Shown piece by piece: positions 17,262 to 26,356 of a DNA stretch of 64,000 nt (within the stretch, counting starts at the first letter, position 1; each line of letters begins with the position of its first letter). Origin of the DNA: Paludibacteraceae bacterium (GTDB taxonomy: Bacteria > Bacteroidota > Bacteroidia > Bacteroidales > Paludibacteraceae); the NCBI GenBank assembly GCA_045121435.1, contig JBGVFY010000065.1, positions 2,953-66,952 of the forward strand. Direction: 5' to 3'. Position numbers and translations under genes: made by a program. Under the pieces are notes generated by a model. It was not told the DNA's origin and ran no database searches. It worked only from the letters and a program-made list of their open reading frames with translations.

Positions 17262-18812
17262 TTATTTCAAAGTCATAGTCTTCCAACTACCACTTGCTGC
17301 TGTACTTGTTGCAACTACAGGAGTTTGAGGTTTGTTGTTTATCAATAAAGATTCACGTTTCACATTCCTATTTATATACTCTGCAAGTTCTGCGTATGAA
17401 ACATTACCTTTAGTTTCTTGGAGCTTTTTGAGCAAAAAATATGTAAATAGACCATGTCCTTTAGAAGGATAGGTCATTGCTGTTTCATCACCACTTGATG
17501 CTGAAAACACAACTGATTTGCCTTCCAATACTTCTTTCTTCGCTTCGCGAGCGACGCCACGAGCAGCGACAAGCATACTGCCCTCCTTGTTTGCACCAGT
17601 AAAACAAGCGTCCATAAAATAAGTAATATTTGATGCTTTGGTTTTACCCAACGCAGTATAAAGGGACTTTAAACTATAACAGGTTGTTGTATTTGTACCC
17701 TTACCATCTACAGGAATAATGTATGCATCGCCCGTTCTTTCATCAGGAATTCCATGACCACAATAATATACAATACCTCTATTTCCTTCTGAATCATTAA
17801 GAGCTTGCTGTAACCATTCTATATCACCCATCAACATTCCATAAGTCGCATTAGGTGAATATCGAATCTGTCGTTCTGAGATGCCTAATGTTTTCATACA
17901 ATATTCCTTAAAAATTCTACCATCATGGGTCGCACAATTCACATCATCTACAAAGTGATAATCTTCATTAGCAACGATAAGAACATAGGTATTATAATTG
18001 CGATATTTAGCCTCTGGAATATTAACATCAACATCCGAAGTTCCTGTTTCAATCATTTGAGCAACATTTGTATTTGAGTGATTTGGCGATTGTGTAAATT
18101 TATTCATTATATTGTATTCACCTGTAAAAGACAAATCATTGCGAGCAATGGTTTTACTTATTTTTTTGATTTTAGATTTCTTATCTACTAATTCAATATT
18201 AGTTTCAAAAACTCCATCTATCTTTACATAGTATTTTCTACCATCTTCTACTCGAATGCCAAAAGCTTTGTCTAACAGGGCTGTATATTTAGTACCTTTC
18301 ACACCAGATAAATTAACATCTATATTTTTTTGTGTAGATTTTGGCTTGTTTAGAACCCTGTTTTTGTGTGCTCCAGTTTGATATTGAGGATTAGATTGTT
18401 GCATCCATGATAAATGCGAGTTGTTGCCAAATACCATATTTTGACCTTTAGCAACATTCGCTTGGTGATTTTGTCTTGCTCTTTCGAGATGATTAGTTGA
18501 GTGGGAAGATACAAATGTGGAAGCTGCGACGGCATTTATAGCAGCGCGTTGTGCTCTTTCATCAGATATTTCTGTTCTAATTTCAGCATTTTTTTCGCCA
18601 TCATACACCATAATATAACATAATCCAGGTGGAACGGTTACAGACAAATACCCGCCTTCATACAATGCTAATGGAATCTTAAAACCATTCACTTCTATGT
18701 GATAAGATAAATTTCTATATTCAGGAGAATATATTACCACTTCAGCACTTTCTTGTGCCATAACATTCATTACCGTCATGAATGCTACTAAAATCATTTG
18801 AATCTTTTTCAT
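17262..18812 (-). CDS. exported caspase-family (peptidase C14) protein
   Basis: The 516-aa ORF has signal peptide MKKIQMILVAFMTVMNVMAQ. The C-terminal domain carries YVLIVANEDY, YYCGHGIPD (His) and YFMDACFTG (Cys). Confidence 0.85.
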   Translation of the reverse strand: MKKIQMILVAFMTVMNVMAQESAEVVIYSPEYRNLSYHIEVNGFKIPLALYEGGYLSVTVPPGLCYIMVYDGEKNAEIRTEISDERAQRAAINAVAASTFVSSHSTNHLERARQNHQANVAKGQNMVFGNNSHLSWMQQSNPQYQTGAHKNRVLNKPKSTQKNIDVNLSGVKGTKYTALLDKAFGIRVEDGRKYYVKIDGVFETNIELVDKKSKIKKISKTIARNDLSFTGEYNIMNKFTQSPNHSNTNVAQMIETGTSDVDVNIPEAKYRNYNTYVLIVANEDYHFVDDVNCATHDGRIFKEYCMKTLGISERQIRYSPNATYGMLMGDIEWLQQALNDSEGNRGIVYYCGHGIPDERTGDAYIIPVDGKGTNTTTCYSLKSLYTALGKTKASNITYFMDACFTGANKEGSMLVAARGVAREAKKEVLEGKSVVFSASSGDETAMTYPSKGHGLFTYFLLKKLQETKGNVSYAELAEYINRNVKRESLLINNKPQTPVVATSTAASGSWKTMTLK

Positions 18813-18824
18813 AATAATTTGTTT

Positions 18825-19667
18825 TTATTTGTTTATTTGAATTGTTTTTTCTATAGTTTGCATCGTTTTATCACTCATGCGATTTCTATGTAACCACTTT
18901 TGAAAATTTTCGATTGGAATTTCTGGTACAAATTCGCCCATGTCAGAAAGAGGCATCGAAAAATCCTTTTGTGAAAATACAAGCAAAAATGTGTTAAATT
19001 CAACTTTTTTATTTGTAACCAAAATAGTTTCTTCTTGATATGGATAAGTTGGATCGGCAGTTGAAAGATAGATATATTCTTTATTACTTTTTACCAACCT
19101 TGCTTTCCCATTCTCATTTTCGTATGGCAACATGCAAGAAACAATTCCTGCATTATCATCACGAACAAAAATAGCAATGTATCCATTTACTGGAGATTTA
19201 AAACGAATCGCAACTTTATCATTATTCTTAAATCGTTTTGTTTCAATGCCATTACTAATTATCTGCATACACAACTCTACTTCCGCAGTTTTTAATTCGC
19301 GTACTTTTCCACAAACAGAAACATAAATAACTAATTGATTGTTTTCATACATAGGCCTTATTTCGGGCTCTTTTGTATCACCCAACCAATCGCCTTTAAC
19401 TTCTGTTTCACCAAGGGATAAAAAATCATTTCTCGTTGTTCCATTTTCAATATGCGTAGTAGCAAGATTTGTTTGTGAAACCGTAGTTCCAAATTCATTA
19501 GCAATGGCTGTTAATCGGGCACGTTCTATTGCTATTGCTTTCGCCTCTGCCAAAGATACATTCTCAGGAACGATGTATTTGTACTCTCCGCATACATTTA
19601 CAACTCTTTGCCCAAAAGAGTACAAAGAGATAATGAGAAACAATAATATCAAGTAATAATATCTCAT
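18825..19667 (-). CDS. exported DUF4384-like protein
   Basis: The 280-aa ORF has a signal peptide and contains VAIRFKSPVNGYIAIFVRDDNAGIVSCMLP. Its ATG overlaps the upstream stop (TAATG). Confidence 0.65.
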   Translation of the reverse strand: MRYYYLILLFLIISLYSFGQRVVNVCGEYKYIVPENVSLAEAKAIAIERARLTAIANEFGTTVSQTNLATTHIENGTTRNDFLSLGETEVKGDWLGDTKEPEIRPMYENNQLVIYVSVCGKVRELKTAEVELCMQIISNGIETKRFKNNDKVAIRFKSPVNGYIAIFVRDDNAGIVSCMLPYENENGKARLVKSNKEYIYLSTADPTYPYQEETILVTNKKVEFNTFLLVFSQKDFSMPLSDMGEFVPEIPIENFQKWLHRNRMSDKTMQTIEKTIQINK

Positions 19668-20338
19668 TAGAAACCAAGCACTTTATCTAATTTTTCGCGT
19701 AATTTTTCGCCTTTCTTTTCCAACTCTTCACGAACTGCATTCTTAGCTGCCTCTTTTGCCATCTCACCATTATAAGCAATACGCACCATTACCTCGCGGT
19801 TTTTATTGGGCAATACACGATAACATTCTACCACTGTAATAGTGCGACCGATAGATTGGCTGATAAGATTTTGACTCGCCATCACCGTTTCTGAAATACT
19901 GGCTGCCTGCTCCGCAGAAAGTTGTTTGTTGGCTACTGTATTTTCTATCAAAGCACTTACTTCTGTTTGAATTTGTCCTGCAAGATTGACAATTGCCAAT
20001 GATGTAGCAGTTACCTTGGCTGCATCATAATTTTCTGCTATAGATTGGGCGTTTGCCATAATATATTTTGGGAAGAGATTCTCGTCATACTCAAATTCCA
20101 TCAAATAAGAACGCTCCAATTGTTTTTCTAATGGCAGAGCACCTGGTGTCACCACCCAACCTTCTTTGGTCAAGCGTTTTGCCTCTTTCTTGGTGATCTT
20201 ATCCACTTTAGCGCCGAGTTCTTTCTTTGCCAATTTTTGAGTCGCTTGGCGTTCTTTCATAATTTCTTTTGCATCTTGTGCAAAACTTGCGGAGCATGCT
20301 ACCAGCATTGCCATCGCGAGAAATAATACTTTTTTCAT
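19667..20338 (-). CDS. LPP20-like lipoprotein
   Basis: The 223-aa ORF has lipobox MKKVLFLAMAMLVACSASF and an Ala/Lys/Glu-rich helical sequence. Confidence 0.65.
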   Translation of the reverse strand: MKKVLFLAMAMLVACSASFAQDAKEIMKERQATQKLAKKELGAKVDKITKKEAKRLTKEGWVVTPGALPLEKQLERSYLMEFEYDENLFPKYIMANAQSIAENYDAAKVTATSLAIVNLAGQIQTEVSALIENTVANKQLSAEQAASISETVMASQNLISQSIGRTITVVECYRVLPNKNREVMVRIAYNGEMAKEAAKNAVREELEKKGEKLREKLDKVLGF

Positions 20339-20399
20339 ACGATTGTTGTTTTTATGGGTTAATTGTTAGTTGTTTATATTCTTTTTGCATTACACATAT

Positions 20400-20755
20400 A
20401 GGCATACAAAAAACGTGGATTCCGACTGCTGTCGTTCCACGATTTCGAGGTCTTCGCATTACCTGTTAGTTTAGAACAACAACGCGAAGCCCACGCCGAA
20501 TATAAACATTCTCCGTGCCAAATAGTTAAGTAGGTAAGATACGCGTGTGCGCATACATATATACGCAAAAAACATACCAAATAGGCACAAGAGGGATAAT
20601 CTATATCCCGTAGGGCATCTACCGTTGCTAAGTCCTGAAACTAACTTTGAAAGTTGCGAAGTTTCGAAATCATCAGAACGAAGCGCTAATAAACGCCTTT
20701 TAAATATGTCTGCTACCCTCCGCCAATGATGTTAGACACCCTCGGCGTGGAATTG
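20400..20755 (-). ncRNA. ~350-nt structured leader / candidate cis-regulatory RNA ending in an intrinsic terminator (20405-20441)
   Basis: The -7 box is at 20761-20768. The terminator is CGTGGAACGACagcaGTCGGAATCCACG followed by TTTTTTG. No other TAnnTTTG box lies before the ATG at 20338, and there are multiple internal hairpins. Confidence 0.5.
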
Positions 20756-20760
20756 CGGTG

Positions 20761-20768
20761 CAAAGGTA
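20761..20768 (-). promoter_or_regulatory. -7 box TACCTTTG (caspase-operon leader)
   Basis: The plus strand reads caaaggta. The upstream region resembles those at 55725 and 58526. Confidence 0.6.
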
Positions 20769-20874
20769 GTGAATTATTTTGGATTGAGCAAGAAAATAGC
20801 GACTTTTTTCGCTATTTTCAGTTTAGTGGACGCGCCATAGGCGCTACTGTTTAGGGTTTAAAGAAAATAAAAAT

Positions 20875-20903
20875 GCCATTTATGCGAATTTTGCATAAAT
20901 GGC
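20875..20903 (-). terminator. orphan 11-bp-stem hairpin with T-run on the minus strand
   Basis: GCCATTTATGCgaattttGCATAAATGGC. On the minus strand it is followed by ATTTTTATTTT, with no obvious upstream minus-strand gene. Confidence 0.35.
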
Positions 20904-20998
20904 AAGGAGGTTTGGGCTTATATCCGTGATGAGTGATAAGTTGTTTTAGGGGTTAGTACGAACATGGGGCCTTTTTTCCTATACTGCTCCTATGTGTG

Positions 20999-21094
20999 GG
21001 GTATTCATGGCATATTCATGGGGTATTCACGGGATATTCATATGTATCGGTTATGTATCGGTTATGTGTCGGTTATGTATCGGTTATGTATCGG
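20999..21094. repeat. two adjacent 11-bp-period micro-arrays
   Basis: ggtattcatgg-type units occur x4 (20999-21043) and gtatcggttat units x4.6 (21044-21094). Confidence 0.9.
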
Positions 21095-21166
21095 AGCAGA
21101 TAGCGCACACAGGAGGTTCTTCTTCACATTTCGTGCAAATCGCTTGTACATATGCGGATTTTTCTG

Positions 21167-21174
21167 TACCTTTG
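21167..21174 (+). promoter_or_regulatory. -7 box TACCTTTG (NlpC/P60)
   Basis: tacctttg lies 22 nt upstream of the ATG at 21196. Confidence 0.6.
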
Positions 21175-21195
21175 CAGGCAGAATAAAATAACTAT

Positions 21196-22008
21196 ATGAA
21201 ATCACTTGTAGTCAATCATTGTACTATAACTCCTGTGCGGCAAGAACCATCGGAGGGTAGCGAGCAACTAACCCAGTTGCTCTTTGGCGAAGTATGCGAA
21301 GTGTTAGACCGTTTGCCTCGTTGGACAAAAATTCGTTCCACAACGGACGGACAAGAAGGTTGGGTGGATTTCAAAATGCTCTCCCCAGCCGATAACCTAT
21401 CGCACATAACCTATCATCTACCATCTATTGTTGTGGCTGCTCCAATAGCAGTTGCTACAGAAATGGAAACAGGCGATGAGATGATACTTACCCTTGGTAC
21501 ACGACTGCCTAATTATACCCATGGCACTTTCGAAGTATTGGGCAAACAATACTTGATTGACCCTGCCTGTGTCAATACATCCCTACCAACATTGAGTATG
21601 ACAAACCATCTACAGCGCACTGATCTAATAACGATTGCCCAATCATTACTCAACACCCCTTATCTTTGGGGTGGAAAAAATACAATGGGTATGGATTGTT
21701 CGGGATTTACGCAGGTAGTATATAGTGTGTTCGGTGTAAATCTATTGCGCAATGCCCGCGAACAAATTACACAAGGCGAAGTGGTAGCATCATTGGCAGA
21801 AGCACAACCAGGCGACTTGGCATTCTTCGATCATGCAGACCGTGACCCCCAGGCCACTAATATCTCGCATGTGGGATTGCTATTGGACAACAAAAAAATC
21901 ATCCACTGCTCAGGTTGTGTACATGTGGATAATATAAATGAAATGGGCATCCTTCTACCTGATGGTTCTTTGACCCACCATTTAGTTCAGATTAGGCGGT
22001 ATCTTTAG
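21196..22008 (+). CDS. SH3b + NlpC/P60 (C40) cell-wall peptidase
   Basis: The 270-aa ORF contains YLWGGKNTMGMDCSGF...ISHVGLLL...IIHCSG. Confidence 0.85.
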   Translation: MKSLVVNHCTITPVRQEPSEGSEQLTQLLFGEVCEVLDRLPRWTKIRSTTDGQEGWVDFKMLSPADNLSHITYHLPSIVVAAPIAVATEMETGDEMILTLGTRLPNYTHGTFEVLGKQYLIDPACVNTSLPTLSMTNHLQRTDLITIAQSLLNTPYLWGGKNTMGMDCSGFTQVVYSVFGVNLLRNAREQITQGEVVASLAEAQPGDLAFFDHADRDPQATNISHVGLLLDNKKIIHCSGCVHVDNINEMGILLPDGSLTHHLVQIRRYL

Positions 22009-22023
22009 GTCACTGTTATAAAT

Positions 22024-22047
22024 TAGATTTATAAAATCTATCTTTTT
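22024..22047 (+). terminator. weak AT-rich hairpin + T-run after NlpC/P60
   Basis: TAGATTTataaAAATCTA followed by tcttttt. Confidence 0.4.
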
Positions 22048-22090
22048 CAAAAAAATGGGTCCGTTGTTTGCATATATGCATATTTTTTTG

Positions 22091-22098
22091 TACCTTTG
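22091..22098 (+). promoter_or_regulatory. -7 box TACCTTTG (mreB operon)
   Basis: tacctttg lies 87 nt upstream of the mreB ATG. Confidence 0.6.
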
Positions 22099-22184
22099 CG
22101 CGATTTTGTAGATTTTGGGGATATGGGCAGAAAAAACAACAAAATTGTATAAATAATAACACCTTAATATATTGAAACAACAAA

Positions 22185-23204
22185 ATGGGACTTTTTTCGT
22201 TTACACAAGAGATTGCTATCGACCTCGGTACAGCGAACACCATCATCATCTGCGATGACAAAGTGGTGGTAGATGAGCCATCGGTAGTAGCCATCAGCGC
22301 AGCCGACAATAGAATGGTTGCAGTGGGTCGCCGCGCACAACAAATGATTGGTAAAGGTGGTAACCTCATTCGTACCGTCCGCCCTCTGCGTGATGGTGTA
22401 ATCGCCGATTTCTACGCCTGCGAAATGATGATTCGCGGCATGATTAAAATGATTCCAAAGCATAATCGCCTGTTCACCCCCAGCATCCGCATGGTGGTAT
22501 GTATCCCTTCGGGTAGTACCGAGGTGGAGATTCGTGCGGTGCGCGATAGTAGCGAACACGCAGGTGCACGCGAGGTATATATGATCTACGAACCAATGGC
22601 AGCAGCCATCGGTATGGGCATTGATGTGGAGCAACCAGAAGGCTGCATGGTGGTAGATATAGGTGGTGGTACCACCGAGATTGCGGTAATGTCGTTGGGC
22701 GGTATCGTAGCCAACAAATCCATTAAGATTGCAGGTGATGATTTGAACCGCGATATCGTGGAATATATGGGTCGCACCCACAACCTTCGCATTGACGAGC
22801 CAACAGCAGAACGCATCAAAATGCAAGTGGGTTCAGCATTGCCAGAATTGGAGGAAGCACCCGAAGACTATATGGTAATCGGTCCAAACAAAGTGACAGC
22901 ACTGCCAATGCAAGTGCCAATCAGTTACCAAGAGATTGCACACTGCATGGACAAGAGCATCGCTAAGGTCGAAAGCGCCATCCTGCAAGCGTTGGAGGCA
23001 ACACCAAGTGAGTTGTACGCCGACATCGTGAAACGCGGTATTTATCTGACTGGTGGTGGCGCATTGCTGCACGGACTCAGCAAACGACTCACCGACAAAA
23101 TCACCATACCATTCCATGTGGCAGAAGACCCATTGCACGCAGTGGCTCGCGGTACAGGAGTGGCACTGAAAAATGTACACAACTTTGGCTTCCTGATTCG
23201 ATAA
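22185..23204 (+). CDS. mreB: rod shape-determining protein MreB
   Basis: The 339-aa ORF contains IAIDLGTANT...VVDIGGGTTEIAV. Confidence 0.97.
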   Translation: MGLFSFTQEIAIDLGTANTIIICDDKVVVDEPSVVAISAADNRMVAVGRRAQQMIGKGGNLIRTVRPLRDGVIADFYACEMMIRGMIKMIPKHNRLFTPSIRMVVCIPSGSTEVEIRAVRDSSEHAGAREVYMIYEPMAAAIGMGIDVEQPEGCMVVDIGGGTTEIAVMSLGGIVANKSIKIAGDDLNRDIVEYMGRTHNLRIDEPTAERIKMQVGSALPELEEAPEDYMVIGPNKVTALPMQVPISYQEIAHCMDKSIAKVESAILQALEATPSELYADIVKRGIYLTGGGALLHGLSKRLTDKITIPFHVAEDPLHAVARGTGVALKNVHNFGFLIR

Positions 23205-23216
23205 AACCGAAGATAA

Positions 23217-24020
23217 ATGCGAAACCTGCTACAGTTTCTGGCGCGATATAGCAACTTCCTAATATTTCTGATATTGGAAGTTGTTGCGTTTATACTGATA
23301 ACCACCACGCACCAATACCAACATAGTGCGGTGTGGTCGTCAGCCAATCGCATGGTGGCAGGGGTGGAAAATACAATAACCACCATTGAGAATTATTTTC
23401 GATTACAACAGGACAACGAGCGTTTGGCTGCGGAAAATGCCATGCTGAAAAATCAACTCATGGAGCAAGCCAACCTGCTGGAAACCACATCAGAACGCGA
23501 TAGCCAATATGTGTATGCCCAGTTGGATTGGGATTATATACCCGCCAAAGTGGTGCGTATCACCACCCACAAGCAACATAACTACCTGACAATCAACAAA
23601 GGTTTGCGCGATAGCATAAAGGTGGATATGGGTGTGGTAGATCAAAATGGCGTTGTAGGAATAGTGAGCGCAGTGGGCGAACGATATGCGTTGGTGGTTC
23701 CTATCATCCATGTGGGAATGAACCTCAGTTGCCGACTCAAGACCAATAACTATATCGGTCGCACCCAATGGAATGGCATGCGCCATGACGAAGTGGCGTT
23801 GGAGGATATATCGCGCCATGTGCCAGTGGCAGAAGGAGATACAGTGGTAACAAGCGGACTGACCAATGTGTTCCCCGAAGGCATATTGGTGGGAACAGTG
23901 TCGCACACCGAAATGACCGAAAGCGACAACTACCACCGCACTACCCTGAAGATAGCCACCAACTACAAGACCGTAAAGTATGTGCAAGTGATTCGCAACC
24001 ATACACCATACGAGGAATAG
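23217..24020 (+). CDS. mreC: rod shape-determining protein MreC
   Basis: The 267-aa ORF sits in the mreC position, has an N-terminal TM helix plus coiled coil, and contains GVVGIVSAV...VVTSG. Confidence 0.9.
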   Translation: MRNLLQFLARYSNFLIFLILEVVAFILITTTHQYQHSAVWSSANRMVAGVENTITTIENYFRLQQDNERLAAENAMLKNQLMEQANLLETTSERDSQYVYAQLDWDYIPAKVVRITTHKQHNYLTINKGLRDSIKVDMGVVDQNGVVGIVSAVGERYALVVPIIHVGMNLSCRLKTNNYIGRTQWNGMRHDEVALEDISRHVPVAEGDTVVTSGLTNVFPEGILVGTVSHTEMTESDNYHRTTLKIATNYKTVKYVQVIRNHTPYEE

Positions 24021-24021
24021 A

Positions 24022-24513
24022 ATGAACATAATCAAAGAAATAGGACGACTGCTATTAGTGTTTGCACTGCAAATACTGCTGTTTGACCATCTGCATATCG
24101 GCAGTTGGGGCGCAGTAATGGTATATATTCTGTTTCTGATTAATCTACCCGTTCGTTTGCCCCGTTGGGCAGAAATGCTGATTGGTTTTGCAGTGGGTAT
24201 GCTGATAGATATTTGGCACACCACGCTGGGCATACATATCGCTGCTTGCGTGGCATTGACCTTTGTACGACCACTATTGTTGCACCAATCGGTGCAAGAC
24301 ATAGAGCGCATCAAAGATAACCTATCCAGCGAGAATATTGGTAAAGCAGAATATACCAAATGTGCAGCGATATTGACCGTTTTGCACCATTTCATCGTGT
24401 TTTCGTTGGAAACATGGAACCTACAATTCTGGTGGATTGTGCTATTGCAAACCTTAATCAGTAGCGCAATGACATTGGCGGTGATACTGGGCTACGAATA
24501 CTTGAAGCGATAA
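24022..24513 (+). CDS. mreD: rod shape-determining protein MreD
   Basis: The 163-aa polytopic membrane ORF is tightly packed between mreC and mrdA. Confidence 0.8.
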   Translation: MNIIKEIGRLLLVFALQILLFDHLHIGSWGAVMVYILFLINLPVRLPRWAEMLIGFAVGMLIDIWHTTLGIHIAACVALTFVRPLLLHQSVQDIERIKDNLSSENIGKAEYTKCAAILTVLHHFIVFSLETWNLQFWWIVLLQTLISSAMTLAVILGYEYLKR

Positions 24514-24514
24514 A

Positions 24515-26356
24515 ATGATTAATGACTCGTTCTATAAGCGTAAGTATATCATTGGAAGCATCGCTGTGATAGTGGTGCTAATGTATATCATACGCCTATT
24601 TTTTCTGCAAATAATCGACCAATCTACCCAAGAAAAAGCCGCCAACAACGCACAACTACGCCAAACACTATACCCTTCACGCGGACTAATCTACGACCGC
24701 AAAGGCGAATTGCTCGTAGCCAATCAACCGATTTATGAGGTAACAATGGTGGTGCGCGAAATGACCAAAGAGCCATTTGATACCATCGGGTTGTGTAGCG
24801 CCCTGCATATCACCCGCGAAGAGTTCGAATCACGCATGCAGGATATGACCAACCGCAAAAAAAACAGAGGCTATTCCCGCTATTCACCGCAGATATTCAT
24901 GCAAAACCTCGGTCAAGAGGAGATTGCCCAACTTCAACAAGAAAAATACAAATACCCCGGTGTGGACATCCGTATCCGCACCCTACGCGACTATACCTAC
25001 CCCATCGCTTCGCATATATTGGGCAGTGTGGGCGAAGTGAACTACAACGATATTGAGCGCGATAACTATTATAGCATTGGCGATTACTCGGGACGCGATG
25101 GAATCGAGCGAACCTATGAAAAAGAATTGCGTGGAACAAAAGGCGTGAAAGTGTTTATGCGCGACTCGCACGGACGCATACAGGGTCCCTATCAACAAGG
25201 GCAGTTAGACCGTCAGGCGCAAGCAGGTACCGATTTACACCTGAGTTTGGATATTGCCACGCAACAAGTGGCAGAGGCATTAATGCAACACAAAATCGGT
25301 AGCATTGTGGCTATCGAACCCCAAACAGGCGAGATATTGGCCATGGTAAGTACACCCAATTGGGACCCTCGCAAATTGGTGGGCAAAGAGCGTTCTGCCA
25401 ACTACCAACAATTGCTCAACGACCCCAATAAACCCCTAATGAATCGTGCCACACAAGCACAATACTCGCCTGGATCCACATTCAAAATCCTGCAAGCCTT
25501 GGCAGCATTGCAAGAGGGGTGCGTCACACCACACACCAAATATCCCTGCAACGGAAAAACATCTAACCCTATCAAATGTACCCATGACCATGGTAGCCCT
25601 GTGGATTTGGAAGAAGGTATCGAGCAGAGTTGCAACCCCTACTTTTGGGCACTATACCGCGATATGCTGCAACAAGATGGCTATGAAGATGGACATATAC
25701 ACTTCAAAGAACACTACAACCATTGGCGAGAAATCATCGCCAGTTTCGGATTAGGCGAGAAATTCGCCCATACCGACATCCGCGAACAAGCCAAAGGCTA
25801 TCTACCTACCACCGAATTTTATAACAAAATCTATGGAGCAAAAGGCTGGAAAGCTATCACCATTCGTTCGCTATCCATTGGACAGGGCGAGATATTGGTA
25901 ACACCCCTGCAATTAGCCAATCAAGTGGCTGCTATTGCCAACAAAGGCTACTATATCACGCCACACTTCAACCGAAACGACTCAATGAAACTGGATATTC
26001 ACACCACCTTGGTGGATTCGGTACATTTTGATGTAGTACACCGCGGAATGGCGCGTGTAATGACAGAAGGTACAGGACGATGGTATAATATCCCCGAACT
26101 GCAAATGTGCGGCAAAACAGGTACAGTGCAGAACCCACATGGCGAAGATCACGCCCTATTCATCGGCTTTGCACCTATGGATAATCCACAAATAGCGGTG
26201 GCAGTAGCAGTAGAAAATGCAGGATTTGGTGCCACATGGGCATGTCCTATTGCGACATTGGTCATGGAGCAGTATTTAACGGGAGAAATCAAGCGAATGA
26301 GTCTATACGATCGCATGACTACAGCCAACTTAATAACCCCAAAGAAAGAAGAATGA
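24515..26356 (+). CDS. mrdA: penicillin-binding protein 2 (transpeptidase)
   Basis: The 613-aa ORF carries the SPGSTFK, SCN and KTGT motifs. Confidence 0.95.
   Translation: MINDSFYKRKYIIGSIAVIVVLMYIIRLFFLQIIDQSTQEKAANNAQLRQTLYPSRGLIYDRKGELLVANQPIYEVTMVVREMTKEPFDTIGLCSALHITREEFESRMQDMTNRKKNRGYSRYSPQIFMQNLGQEEIAQLQQEKYKYPGVDIRIRTLRDYTYPIASHILGSVGEVNYNDIERDNYYSIGDYSGRDGIERTYEKELRGTKGVKVFMRDSHGRIQGPYQQGQLDRQAQAGTDLHLSLDIATQQVAEALMQHKIGSIVAIEPQTGEILAMVSTPNWDPRKLVGKERSANYQQLLNDPNKPLMNRATQAQYSPGSTFKILQALAALQEGCVTPHTKYPCNGKTSNPIKCTHDHGSPVDLEEGIEQSCNPYFWALYRDMLQQDGYEDGHIHFKEHYNHWREIIASFGLGEKFAHTDIREQAKGYLPTTEFYNKIYGAKGWKAITIRSLSIGQGEILVTPLQLANQVAAIANKGYYITPHFNRNDSMKLDIHTTLVDSVHFDVVHRGMARVMTEGTGRWYNIPELQMCGKTGTVQNPHGEDHALFIGFAPMDNPQIAVAVAVENAGFGATWACPIATLVMEQYLTGEIKRMSLYDRMTTANLITPKKEE

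Noticed and set aside
9800-20400. Calling the 9.8-20.4 kb or 42.5-55.9 kb accessory regions integrative/conjugative elements or prophage
   Set aside because: I found no integrase, transposase, relaxase, phage structural gene or tRNA target in the window. Only repeat-bracketed cassettes can be stated.
20640-20740. Possible fluoride (crcB-motif) riboswitch, because of GGCGGAGGG...CUGAUGAUUUC in the caspase-operon leader
   Set aside because: Only the GAUGAU fragment resembles the motif. The pseudoknot partners and spacing do not fit, and the downstream genes are unrelated to fluoride export.
20999-21094. Possible CRISPR array (also 58638-58690)
   Set aside because: The units are 11 bp with no spacers and no cas genes, so these are simple tandem micro-arrays.
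20964-21191. 75-aa and 64-aa plus-strand ORFs
   Set aside because: They are generated by reading through the 11-bp tandem arrays (repetitive MYRLCIGYVSV peptides), and the downstream gene's promoter box lies inside them.
22164-22826. 220-aa ORF, plus the 22586..22819, 22833..23180 and 23042..23386 ORFs, on the minus strand
   Set aside because: They lie antisense within mreB/mreC, have low-complexity His/Cys/Thr-rich translations and no promoter box. They are typical shadow ORFs of a highly biased coding strand.
23490-24395. 301-aa minus-strand ORF
   Set aside because: It lies antisense across mreC/mreD. The sense-strand genes fit the conserved mreBCD-mrdA-rodA order.
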